Shown here: piece after piece, positions 26,438-34,841 of the stretch
Layout of the letters: each line of letters begins with the position of its first letter
Position numbering within the stretch: position 1 is the stretch's first letter
From: a virus
Length of the DNA: 64,000 bases
IMG/VR virus record: IMGVR_UViG_3300020183_000053
Coordinates: 1-64,000 of that record
Strand: one strand, 5' to 3'
Notes under the pieces: model-generated
Told to the model about the DNA's origin: nothing
Databases searched by the model: none
Seen by the model: only the letters and a program-made list of their open reading frames with translations
Position numbers and translations under genes: made by a program

Positions 26438-27907
26438 ATGGCGACAGCCGCACCCTACCACGCCACCAGCGTGGTGTCGAGCCTTGCCCTGCCCGCCGAC
26501 GCGCTGGCTACCGCTGCGCGCCGCCTGGAGGCTGGGCTGCTGGCTGCGGCAGCTGGCTGCGGTGCGCTGGGTGTGGGGCTGCGTGCCGCCCTGTACGGCT
26601 GGGCGGTGCAGCTGCAGCACGCACAGCGGCTCCCCTGCGGGCGGTGGTACGTCGAGAGCTGCCCCAGCTACGTCGCCACCGTGCAAGGCTGCACGCGCTG
26701 GGCGGCCACGCTGGCGTGGCGCTGTGCCCAGCAGCTGGTGGGCTGGTCAGAGGTCGCCACCGACCACGCGCGGGCGCTGGGCGCCCAGCTGCGCCGGGTG
26801 CGATGGGGCACCCGGTACGGGCGGCACCTGCTGCTGGACGGGTGGCAGCTGGCTGGGCTGCGCGCCGCAGCTGGTGTGCCCGCAGGCGCCGCTGGCGAAC
26901 TGCTGGTGGATGCTGACGAGGCGCTGGCGCGCCTGCGCGGTGGCGCCCGCACCGCCACAGTGCGGTGCCCACTGCACGATGACCGCACGCCGTCGCTGGT
27001 GCTGTGGGCCAGCGGCGGCGCGCAGTGCATGGCCTGCCAGCAGCAGGATGGCACCGCGCCCCGCTGGGCGTGGCTGGCGGCAGGCCAGCAGGTGCGCCTG
27101 CTGCCTGCTACCCGCACCAGCACGGCACAGCAGCGCCACCAGCACAATAAAAGCCCCCAGGTAGCCCAGGCGGCCACCGTGCAGCCGGTCGGGGTGCCTG
27201 TGGGTGGGTGTGTGGTGCGCGGTGCTGTGCACAGCGGGCACACGGCTGCACTGCTGCGGGCAGCCACCACACACTGCGGGCGGGTGGCCACGTGGCGCAC
27301 AGCGGGCAGCCGGGCGGCTGGTGGTGTGCTGGCTGCGCTGCAGCGGGCCGACGCCAGCAGCTGCACGCCAGCGGCCACACAGCGCGCCCACGACGCGGCG
27401 CTGTTCGGGGCTGGGCTGCCCGGTCGGGCGGTGCTGCCCGACAGGCTGCTCAGCGTGTCCACGATGGGGCGCGCACCGGGTGGCGGCTGGGCCACGCCGC
27501 AGGTGCCACGGTGCCAGCAGTGGGTGCTGCTGGACATTGATGACGTGCAGCTGCCTGCTGCGTGCGGTGGGCTGGGCCACGCCATCGCGGCAGTGGTGGC
27601 GGCAGACGGCGAGGCCAGCGGGCGCTGCGCTGTGGTGCGCACCGGCCCCGCTGGGCTGCAGGTGTGGGTGCAGCTGGCGCACGCGCGCCACAGCGCCACC
27701 ACGTGGCACCAGCACCCTGCGGTGCGCAGGTGGTACACCACGCTCGGGGCGCGGGTGTTGGCGGCTGCACGCGCGCACGGCGCGCAGGGTGGCCACGTAG
27801 ACACCAGCGCCTGCGCTGCGGGGCGGTTCGGGCGGCGCCCAGGCTGGCGGCTGGTGGGCGGCGCACCCTACCGGGCGCACCTGCTGCACGTGGTCAGCGG
27901 TGCGTGA
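26438..27907 (+). CDS. CHC2-like Zn finger plus RepB/AEP-type primase domain protein
   Basis: VRCPLHDDRTPSL...CMAC; C-terminal LLDIDD, VVRTGPAGLQVW, VDTSA...RFGRRPGW. Confidence 0.6.
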   Translation: MATAAPYHATSVVSSLALPADALATAARRLEAGLLAAAAGCGALGVGLRAALYGWAVQLQHAQRLPCGRWYVESCPSYVATVQGCTRWAATLAWRCAQQLVGWSEVATDHARALGAQLRRVRWGTRYGRHLLLDGWQLAGLRAAAGVPAGAAGELLVDADEALARLRGGARTATVRCPLHDDRTPSLVLWASGGAQCMACQQQDGTAPRWAWLAAGQQVRLLPATRTSTAQQRHQHNKSPQVAQAATVQPVGVPVGGCVVRGAVHSGHTAALLRAATTHCGRVATWRTAGSRAAGGVLAALQRADASSCTPAATQRAHDAALFGAGLPGRAVLPDRLLSVSTMGRAPGGGWATPQVPRCQQWVLLDIDDVQLPAACGGLGHAIAAVVAADGEASGRCAVVRTGPAGLQVWVQLAHARHSATTWHQHPAVRRWYTTLGARVLAAARAHGAQGGHVDTSACAAGRFGRRPGWRLVGGAPYRAHLLHVVSGA

Positions 27908-27924
27908 GCACCAGCGGGCGCTCG

Positions 27925-28200
27925 CTACGCTCCGAGCTGCTGCCGCTGCACCGCGCCACGCGGGCCGATGAACCAACGGCTATCGAACAGGAACGCAGGT
28001 TCGCCCATGAAGTCGGCGCCCAGGTGGCGCAGGTCCACGCCGAACGAACGACCAGCCGGGTGCATCTCCACGTCCAGCTGCAGGGTGCAGGCATCGCCAT
28101 AGCGTTCGCGGAGCACGCCGTACACTGCGCGTGCGATCGGGAGTGGGAACTGGCGCAGCTGCTGGCTGATGCTGTCGATGGTGCCGGTGAACTTGTGCAT
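27925..28200 (-). CDS. Hypothetical protein
   Basis: MHKFTGTIDSISQQL..., CAGGAGG RBS, TAAC box upstream. Confidence 0.7.
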   Translation of the reverse strand: MHKFTGTIDSISQQLRQFPLPIARAVYGVLRERYGDACTLQLDVEMHPAGRSFGVDLRHLGADFMGEPAFLFDSRWFIGPRGAVQRQQLGA

Positions 28201-28227
28201 GGGTGCCTCCTGGTGGCACGCTCGACA

Positions 28228-28244
28228 TAACGCCGCAGCAGTTA
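28228..28244. promoter_or_regulatory. TAAC-N9-GTTA box
   Basis: taac gccgcagca gtta cacacgcaag. Confidence 0.75.
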
Positions 28245-28273
28245 CACACGCAAGGGGCATCAGGTGTTTTTTT

Positions 28274-28795
28274 TCATAACGCGGCCAGAAGCACAGGCAG
28301 GTGGCCGTTCTGCGCGCAGAACGGCACGCCCAGCTGGTGCAGCTGCGGCAGCGACAGGCTGGCGCTGCCCCGTGGCAGATCACGCCCTGCCTGGGCGGCC
28401 TCGTGCCACCGCTCCCACACTGGCGCAAGCTGGCTCCACGGCAGCACCCACTGCGTGCTGCTGGGCTGGTGGCGCAGCAGCACCACGCCCAGCCCGCCCT
28501 GCGCCTGCCACGCAGACAGGCGGCGCGCTTGATGGGCGTGCAGCTTGGCCAGCTGCCAGCGGTCAGCCACGCAGTCCTTCGCCTCGGCGGCGATGGCACG
28601 GCCACCAGCGAGCAGCACATAGTCGGGTGGCCCCTCGGTGGCGTACACAGCCACGAACTGCCCGCCCGACAGCGCACGCAGGATGCGCATCGGTGGCGGG
28701 GTGCGCAGCACCACCGCCTGCCCGGTGGCCTCGTAGCGTGCGTGATGCAGCTCCAGCAGCTGCTCCCAGGCGCGCCCTCGGTTCGCGTGGCTCAC
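28274..28795 (-). CDS. RecU-like Holliday junction resolvase
   Basis: ANRGRAWE, PPDY, AAEAKD, LHAHQ...L.....GG.G.VL. Confidence 0.8.
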   Translation of the reverse strand: MSHANRGRAWEQLLELHHARYEATGQAVVLRTPPPMRILRALSGGQFVAVYATEGPPDYVLLAGGRAIAAEAKDCVADRWQLAKLHAHQARRLSAWQAQGGLGVVLLRHQPSSTQWVLPWSQLAPVWERWHEAAQAGRDLPRGSASLSLPQLHQLGVPFCAQNGHLPVLLAAL

Positions 28796-29124
28796 GCCGT
28801 GCGCTGGCGCCGCAGCTGCGCAAGGTGCAGCCCATCGGGCCGCACCACCACCTGCCTGCGGCACAGGTGGCACAGCAGCACGATGGCGCTCCAGGGCGGC
28901 CTGCGGTCATCGGTCCCCGTTTTCCACTGGCTGCACAGCTGCGGGCGCACGCCCAGCAGCGCCGCAAGGTCTTTCGACCGGGTGCCAGGGTTCCGGCGGT
29001 GCCACTCCGCTGCCAGCTCGGCGAACACCTCCACCAGCGGCAGCTCCTGCCCAGCCTGCAGCTCGCGCAGCAGCTGCGCGTCGTGCTGCGGTGCCTCGTG
29101 TGCCTCGTCTTGCTCGTCGCTCAT
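28792..29124 (-). CDS. XRE-type HTH protein
   Basis: SKDLAALLGVRPQLCSQWKTG helix-turn-helix. Confidence 0.7.
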   Translation of the reverse strand: MSDEQDEAHEAPQHDAQLLRELQAGQELPLVEVFAELAAEWHRRNPGTRSKDLAALLGVRPQLCSQWKTGTDDRRPPWSAIVLLCHLCRRQVVVRPDGLHLAQLRRQRTA

Positions 29125-29612
29125 GCCACACCCTCCAGGCGCGCCCGCAGGCGCGCCACACGTCGCCGGGCAGAGAACGGCGCACAGCCGCACGCCTCGC
29201 CCAGTTCGTCACCGCTCAGCCCGTCCGCGTATGCAGTGGCTGCTGCCCACTCGTCAGGGCGGGCCATGCGCCGCGCCTGCGCCGCCAGCACCCAGGCCTC
29301 GGCCACCGGGTGCACCGCAGGGTGCAGGGCGTCCTCCAGCTCCACCTCGCCCTGCCTGCGGCGCCGCTGGTCCATCATCGCGCTGCGCACCGCACGCGCC
29401 TGCCACCACACCCAGGTGCTGGGCTTCGCGACAGTGGCATCGTATGCGCGCCATCGCTCCACCAGCCGCACCAGCAGGCTGCTGTGCAGGTCGTCCGCGT
29501 CCAGCCCCGTGCCGCTGGCCATGCGCCACGCTGCGCACCGCACCACCTGTGCGTGCTGCAGCACCCAGCCCCAGGCCGCTGCACTGTCCTCGTTCTGTGT
29601 CCCGTGTGCCAT
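29121..29612 (-). CDS. Phage-encoded ECF-like sigma70-family factor
   Basis: Region 2: DADDL...LLVRL.ERW..YD....KPSTW.W..AR. Region 4 HTH: DGLSGDELGEACG.....ARRRVARLRARL. 163 aa. Confidence 0.75.
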   Translation of the reverse strand: MAHGTQNEDSAAAWGWVLQHAQVVRCAAWRMASGTGLDADDLHSSLLVRLVERWRAYDATVAKPSTWVWWQARAVRSAMMDQRRRRQGEVELEDALHPAVHPVAEAWVLAAQARRMARPDEWAAATAYADGLSGDELGEACGCAPFSARRRVARLRARLEGVA

Positions 29613-29656
29613 TCTGTCCTCCTGCGGCTGTGCCGCTGCTGCTGACTGTTACCGGC

Positions 29657-29673
29657 TAACCGCTGCCAGGGTA
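29657..29673. promoter_or_regulatory. TAAC-N9-GGTA variant box upstream of the sigma gene
   Basis: gctgac...taac cgctgccag ggta gcgcgcaag (one mismatch). Confidence 0.65.
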
Positions 29674-29682
29674 GCGCGCAAG

Positions 29683-30318
29683 CTACCCGTCGCGCGAACG
29701 TCGCCACAGGTATCCCACGCCGTCGAACGGTCCTGCGTGCGCGTCCCTGCGCCACTCGTCGGTGCCGTCGTACTCGATGGACACTGCGTTCAGCACCACC
29801 GCCTCACCGTAGCCGGGCAGCGCCATCCACCCGTGCGCCCAGCCGGGCGGCACCACCACCTGCGCAGGGTTCCGCTGCGGGTGCAGCACCACCTCGTGCA
29901 CCTGCAGGCCCACAGTGTGCCCCAGACGCTGCGCCCGCTCGGCGGCGATCACGTCGTAGAGCGCCAGCAGCACAGCACCCTGCACCACCACGAACCTGTC
30001 GTGCTGGCGGGCGTGCAGGTGCCACCCCTTCACGACGCCCTCGGCGGTGGTGCTCAGGTAGACCTGCGCCACCTCGCCGCGCCTGGGCATCGGCACAGCG
30101 CCGGGCTGCACGTCCCTGTGCCAGCTCTCGCGGTGTGCCTCCACCAGCGCGCCACGCGCGTCCACGTGCCAGCGCAGCGGGCGCAGCTCCACCGGCTGGG
30201 CGTGGTACGGCTGGTCGCCGCCCAGGGTGCGCAGGGTGGGCGGTGTGGGTGCCTGCGGGGTGTGTGCGTGTCTGGTGTAGCCAGCCCGGTGGTAGATTTC
30301 GTCAGCGTCGTAGATCAC
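29683..30318 (-). CDS. rmlC: dTDP-4-dehydrorhamnose 3,5-epimerase-like cupin
   Basis: D.RG.L.E, Q.Y.S....GVVKGWHLH..Q, VVQG.V...LYD, VPPGWAHG. Confidence 0.8.
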   Translation of the reverse strand: MIYDADEIYHRAGYTRHAHTPQAPTPPTLRTLGGDQPYHAQPVELRPLRWHVDARGALVEAHRESWHRDVQPGAVPMPRRGEVAQVYLSTTAEGVVKGWHLHARQHDRFVVVQGAVLLALYDVIAAERAQRLGHTVGLQVHEVVLHPQRNPAQVVVPPGWAHGWMALPGYGEAVVLNAVSIEYDGTDEWRRDAHAGPFDGVGYLWRRSRDG

Positions 30319-30701
30319 GGGTGCTCCTTGATTGTGGGGAGTAGTTCGATGCTGGGCGGGTAGCCGTACACGCGCACCCACAGGTCGCGCAGGGTGCCGT
30401 AGACCGCCCCGCTGGGCTGCCCAGCGCGGCGCTCCAGCACGTGCCACAGGGCGGCGTCCACCGCCCCCACAGCGGGGTGCTGGGCGTACAGGGCGCGCAG
30501 GCGCGGGTCCAGGCGCTGCCAGCGGGCGGCCCACAGCAGCAGCCGCTGCAGCTGGGCATCGTCCAGCCCGCCCAGCCCTGCCAGCGCCAGCTGGGCGCCC
30601 TCCACCAGCGCGCCAGCCGGTGGCCACCAGCCAGCCAGATCGTGCAGGCGGGCGCACGCGCCCAGCACCTGCGCGGTGGCCAGCACCGGGTGCGGCGGCA
30701 C
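30315..30701 (-). CDS. Hypothetical protein
   Basis: Fills the gap between the vWA gene and rmlC; start uncertain. Confidence 0.5.
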   Translation of the reverse strand: MPPHPVLATAQVLGACARLHDLAGWWPPAGALVEGAQLALAGLGGLDDAQLQRLLLWAARWQRLDPRLRALYAQHPAVGAVDAALWHVLERRAGQPSGAVYGTLRDLWVRVYGYPPSIELLPTIKEHP

Positions 30702-30714
30702 CGGGCCGCCCTGG

Positions 30715-32199
30715 CTACGGGATCGCACCAGCCACCACCTTCCCGTCGTTAGCCCCGCTGGCGCTGTCCAGGTCCACCACGTGGTCGGCCAGCTGCTGCA
30801 CGGCGTGGCCCAGGCTGCCACCACCCACCGTGAGGCCGAACACCCGCAGCCCGCCACGCTTGGCGGCCTGCAGGCGCTCCATCACGCTGGTGGGCGCCTC
30901 TGCGTGGCCATCGGTCACCAGCACGAGATCGGCGCGCTCTCGGGTCACGCCGTCCTCCAGCTCCAGCGCGGCCAGCAGCGGCGGCGCGAACCGGGTGCCG
31001 CCATCGGGGCGGCTGCTGGCCACGTGCAGCGCCACCTCGGCGCAGCCGCCCATCGCGGTGGCCTGCGCCACGTCGTGGGTGCTGTGCGACCACGCGCGCC
31101 CCTGCGCGTCCAGGCGCACCACGTAGCGCACCGCGCCATTGAAGCCGATCACGGTGCAGGCGCGGCGCTCACGGGCGGCGGTGCCGAGACAGGCGAGGGC
31201 GACCGCCGCAGCCCACAGACTGCGTTCACCCTCCATCGACCCGCTCTCGTCGAGCAGCACGACCACGGGGCCGCGACCCTGCGGAACCTGCCCGACCACG
31301 TGATACTGCTGCAGGCGGCGGTCGGCCAGCTTGGCAAGCTGCACCCGGCGCAGGCGCGGGTGGCGCAGCAGGCCCAGCTCGGTGGGCAGGGCGCGCGGCA
31401 GGTCGCCGCCGATGGTGGTGCCCACCAGCGTGTCCGCGCCCAGCTCGTCGCGCACCTTGCGGCCCTCGCTCGCAAGGCGGCGCAGGCGGCCCGCCAGCTT
31501 CATCACGCGCTTCAGCCGGGCGTCAGCAGCTACGCGCTCAGCCAGCGCCATGCGCGCGGCGCCGTCCTGCTGGTGCTGCGCGGGCGTGGCGCCCAGCCCA
31601 GGCGCCAGCCCCTCCAGGCCATCGGCGGCCTCGGCAGCAGCCTGGGCTGCATCGCTGCAGGCGGCCCGCAGGGCGCGGCGCAGGGCGCCGTCACCATCGG
31701 CAGCCGGGCCACGCTGGGCGCGCGCACCCAGCGCCTGCTGGGCCTGCTGCTGGGCCTGCTGGCGGTCCTGCTCGGCCACCTGCGGCAGCGCACCAGCCAC
31801 ACCACGCAGCAGCTGGGCAGTGGCCAGCGCCGCAAGGTCGGGGTCGCCCGCCACCTGCGCCTGCAGCTGCGCGAACTCGGGCAGCTGCTGCAGCTGGGCG
31901 TGCACGCGGGAAATCAGCTCGGTGTCGGGCGCGGGCTTCTCCAGCAGCTGCGCCTCGTCGGCGTCGTACAGGCCAGCGAACACTTCGCGGGCGGTGGCGG
32001 TGGCCAGCGCGTCCATCCGGCGCGCCTCGGCGGCGTCGGCGGTCTTGCCGTGCTGACGGTAAGCGCCCGCCAGGGTGCTGCGGGCACCGCGCAGCTCGGT
32101 GCTGGCGGCCTCACGGGTGGTGAACAGATAGTCGGCCCAGCGCGACACGGTGCGGGTGGCGTCGGTGTGGCGGGCGGTGGTGTAGGCTGCGGCGGTCAT
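30715..32199 (-). CDS. vWA-domain protein (ViaA/CoxE-like)
   Basis: G.DL.R.LP.EL; MIDAS motif LLDESGSM; GGT.F..PL; DLVLVTDG. Confidence 0.85.
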   Translation of the reverse strand: MTAAAYTTARHTDATRTVSRWADYLFTTREAASTELRGARSTLAGAYRQHGKTADAAEARRMDALATATAREVFAGLYDADEAQLLEKPAPDTELISRVHAQLQQLPEFAQLQAQVAGDPDLAALATAQLLRGVAGALPQVAEQDRQQAQQQAQQALGARAQRGPAADGDGALRRALRAACSDAAQAAAEAADGLEGLAPGLGATPAQHQQDGAARMALAERVAADARLKRVMKLAGRLRRLASEGRKVRDELGADTLVGTTIGGDLPRALPTELGLLRHPRLRRVQLAKLADRRLQQYHVVGQVPQGRGPVVVLLDESGSMEGERSLWAAAVALACLGTAARERRACTVIGFNGAVRYVVRLDAQGRAWSHSTHDVAQATAMGGCAEVALHVASSRPDGGTRFAPPLLAALELEDGVTRERADLVLVTDGHAEAPTSVMERLQAAKRGGLRVFGLTVGGGSLGHAVQQLADHVVDLDSASGANDGKVVAGAIP

Positions 32200-32226
32200 G
32201 CGGTCCTCCTGCTGACGCATAGCCTG

Positions 32227-32243
32227 TAACCGGGCAGCGGTTA
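32227..32243. promoter_or_regulatory. TAAC-N9-GTTA box
   Basis: gctgac...taac cgggcagcg gtta ggcgcgcaag. Confidence 0.8.
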
Positions 32244-32338
32244 GGCGCGCAAGGCGGCGTGTGCAGATTGTGCGCAGAAAAGTGGAAGCGCCCGCACCGG
32301 GTGGGCGCGGGCGCGTGCAGGGTGGCCTGCTGGTGCGG

Positions 32339-33475
32339 TTAGGCGCCCAGCCCGCTGCCCAGCCCGCTGGCGGTCATGAAGCGCCGGGCCAGCCCCTTTC
32401 GCAGCTCAGCCACCTGCGCGTGGCAGGCGGCCACGTCCACGTCGGCCAGCCCCAGCTGCACCAGCTCGGCCTCCACCGCCTTGATCCGCTGCAGGGCGCG
32501 TGCACCGTCCGCAGCCACGTCTCGCACGGCGTCGTACACCTCGCGGGCGCTGTCGGCCAGCTTGGTCGCGGCGGCCAGCTGCGGAGCGGCCACCGCCAGC
32601 ACCGTGGCCAGCACAGCGGGGCGCTGCTCGTGGCGGTGCCACACGCTGTCGGCCAGCACCAGCAGGTCGCGGGCGGTGGCCACGTCGCGCCCGTCCAGCG
32701 CGGCGCTGGCCTGCAGCAGCCGCACCATCCCGCGCAGGCGGCGGTCGGACACCGTGATGCCGTTGTCGCGCGCCAGCGCGTCGGCCACGTCGCACAGCAG
32801 CTCCAGCACCTGCTGCGGCACCACCACGTCGCGCACCGCCTGCTGCAGCAGCTGCACGCTGTCGGTGGGCAGCTTGGCGGTCACCACCTGCGCCGGGTCA
32901 GCAGCGGTCAGCAGCGCCAGCCGCCCCGCACGGGTGGGCACGTACTGCGTCCAGTAACGCAAGGTGAAGCGGTCGTAGAGCGCCTCCAGGCTGGCGTCCT
33001 CGGGGTATTCGTTGCTCGCCCCCACGCACAGCTCCAGCGGCAGCTGCAGGCGGGCGGTGCCGTTGTCGAACTGGCGCTCGTTCAGCACGGTCAGCAGGCT
33101 GTTCAGGATGGCGCTGTTCGCCTTGAACACTTCGTCGCAGAACGCCACCGTGGCGGTGGGCAGGTAGCCCTGCACGGCGCGCTCGTAGCGGCCCGCGTCC
33201 AGGGCGCCCAGGTCATAGGGTCCGAACAGCTCCTCGGGCGCGGTGAACGCGGTCAGCAGGCGCTGGAAGTATTCGCCGCCCAGGGCGCTGGCGAACACCT
33301 GGGTCACCAGCGACTTGGCGGTGCCAGGAGGCCCCAGCAGCAGCACGTGCGTGCGGGCCAGCAGGGCGAGCAGCAGCCCGTCAATCTCGGCGTCGCGGGC
33401 AACGAACGCGCCCTTCATCTGCGTGCGGAGGGTGGACAGCTGGGTGCGGGCGGTGGCGAGGGTGGTGGTGGTCAC
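32339..33475 (-). CDS. MoxR-family AAA+ ATPase (RavA-like)
   Basis: LLGPPGTAKS, F..LLT.FT.PEELFGP, FCDEVFKANSAILNSLL, GASNE, ALYDRF, SDRR. Confidence 0.9.
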   Translation of the reverse strand: MTTTTLATARTQLSTLRTQMKGAFVARDAEIDGLLLALLARTHVLLLGPPGTAKSLVTQVFASALGGEYFQRLLTAFTAPEELFGPYDLGALDAGRYERAVQGYLPTATVAFCDEVFKANSAILNSLLTVLNERQFDNGTARLQLPLELCVGASNEYPEDASLEALYDRFTLRYWTQYVPTRAGRLALLTAADPAQVVTAKLPTDSVQLLQQAVRDVVVPQQVLELLCDVADALARDNGITVSDRRLRGMVRLLQASAALDGRDVATARDLLVLADSVWHRHEQRPAVLATVLAVAAPQLAAATKLADSAREVYDAVRDVAADGARALQRIKAVEAELVQLGLADVDVAACHAQVAELRKGLARRFMTASGLGSGLGA

Positions 33476-33540
33476 GTGGTGCTCCTGCGGTGGTGTGGCT
33501 GCGGTGGTGGTGGGCGGCTGCCCTGCTGACACCACCTGTG

Positions 33541-33557
33541 TAACGCCTTCGCGGTTA
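33541..33557. promoter_or_regulatory. TAAC-N9-GTTA box
   Basis: gctgacaccac...taac gccttcgcg gtta ggcgcgcaag. Confidence 0.8.
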
Positions 33558-33640
33558 GGCGCGCAAGGTGCAGCACGCAAAAAAGAGCGACGCCGTGCTG
33601 GCGGTGCACCAGCACGGCGTTCTGGGCGCGCGCCGCGCCG

Positions 33641-34729
33641 TTAGGCGGCCTGCGCTTCCATGGCGCTGGCCAGCGCCTCCACCAGCGCCTCGCGGTCGCT
33701 GGGCTGCTCGCCGCTGCCCAGGGCGTCCCACAGCGTGCCCAGCTGCGCGGCGCTCATGGCACGCAGCGCGGCGCGGCGGGCGGCCTGCGGGGTGGCTGCA
33801 GGTGCGGCCACCTGCTCGGCCTTGCGGGTGCTGGTGCGGCTGTCGGCCTCCACGTCCTTGGCGGCGATGATGTCCTCGGCCAGCGCTTGCATCTCGGCCA
33901 CGTCTGCCTCGATGTCCTCCACGGCCACCTGCAGCGCCTCGCGGTACAGCGCGGCGCGCTGGGCGATGGTGCTGAACCGGGCCAGCACGTGCTCCTGCGT
34001 GTCGGTGCGCACGCGCTTGGCCATGTCGCGCCAGCCCTCAATCTGCACGCGCAGCTCGTCAAGGTCGTTGCGCAGCTCGGTGCGGCTGGCCTCGGCCAGC
34101 GGCTGCTCCCAGCCCTGCCCAGCCTGCACCTGGGCCACCTGCACGCGGAAGCTGTCCAGGCCAGCCAGCGCACGCTGGGCCTCCACCACCGGGCCGCAGC
34201 TCACGTGCGGCACCACGTGCATCCCGCGCCGCAGGGTGAAGCTGCGGGCGCGCTCCAGGGCGGGCACCACCAGCAGGTCGCGCACGCTGTTCCCGTCCAG
34301 GTACGCCATCAGCTCGGCGGCGTTGGCGCGCAGGGTGGCGGCCTCCTGGGTCAGCCCGGTGGTGTGCCACGTGGCGGCCACCTTGTCCCACACCAGCTCG
34401 TCGGTGGGCAGCTTGGCCACGCGCTCGCGGGCCTGCTGGGTCAGGGTCAGCAGGTTCACCACCACGTGCGTGTCGTTCTCGTGGGCGATGGCGGCCTCCA
34501 TCGTCACCCGCTTGCCCTCGTGCACGCGGAACTCGCGCACTGCACGGCGCACCGCGTCGGTGGGGTCAATGTCCTTGACGGTGGCGGGGTTGCCACCAGC
34601 GGCGGCCACGCGGGTGCGCAGCTCGGCGGGCGTGATGGCGGTGCCGCTGAACTCCCACCAGACAAGGCTGGCGAGGCCGCTGGTCACGGTGGCGAGGCTG
34701 TCGGTGGTGGTGGCGAGGGTGGTGGTCAT
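33641..34729 (-). CDS. Hypothetical protein, DUF6744-like partner of the AAA/vWA pair
   Basis: LA.LVWW, P.DA.RRA, G.HVVP and a C-terminal coiled coil; directly upstream of MoxR-vWA. Confidence 0.6.
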   Translation of the reverse strand: MTTTLATTTDSLATVTSGLASLVWWEFSGTAITPAELRTRVAAAGGNPATVKDIDPTDAVRRAVREFRVHEGKRVTMEAAIAHENDTHVVVNLLTLTQQARERVAKLPTDELVWDKVAATWHTTGLTQEAATLRANAAELMAYLDGNSVRDLLVVPALERARSFTLRRGMHVVPHVSCGPVVEAQRALAGLDSFRVQVAQVQAGQGWEQPLAEASRTELRNDLDELRVQIEGWRDMAKRVRTDTQEHVLARFSTIAQRAALYREALQVAVEDIEADVAEMQALAEDIIAAKDVEADSRTSTRKAEQVAAPAATPQAARRAALRAMSAAQLGTLWDALGSGEQPSDREALVEALASAMEAQAA

Positions 34730-34798
34730 GTGCTGCTCCTGCTGCTGGCCTGCTGTGGTGGTTGCTGACTGCGGTGCACCAGCACCGTGCACAGCCAC

Positions 34799-34815
34799 TA
34801 ACCGGGTGCCAGTTA
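34799..34815. promoter_or_regulatory. TAAC-N9-GTTA box
   Basis: taac cgggtgcca gtta cgcgcaag. Confidence 0.75.
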
Positions 34816-34841
34816 CGCGCAAGGCAGAAAGCTGCAGAAAG

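Noticed and set aside
4990-33560. TAAC...GTTAGRC boxes as integron attC sites (RYYYAAC...GTTRRRY)
   Set aside because: The cores are only 9 bp apart (attC sites are roughly 55-140 bp hairpins), they lie upstream of genes at promoter distance, and no tyrosine integrase is present.
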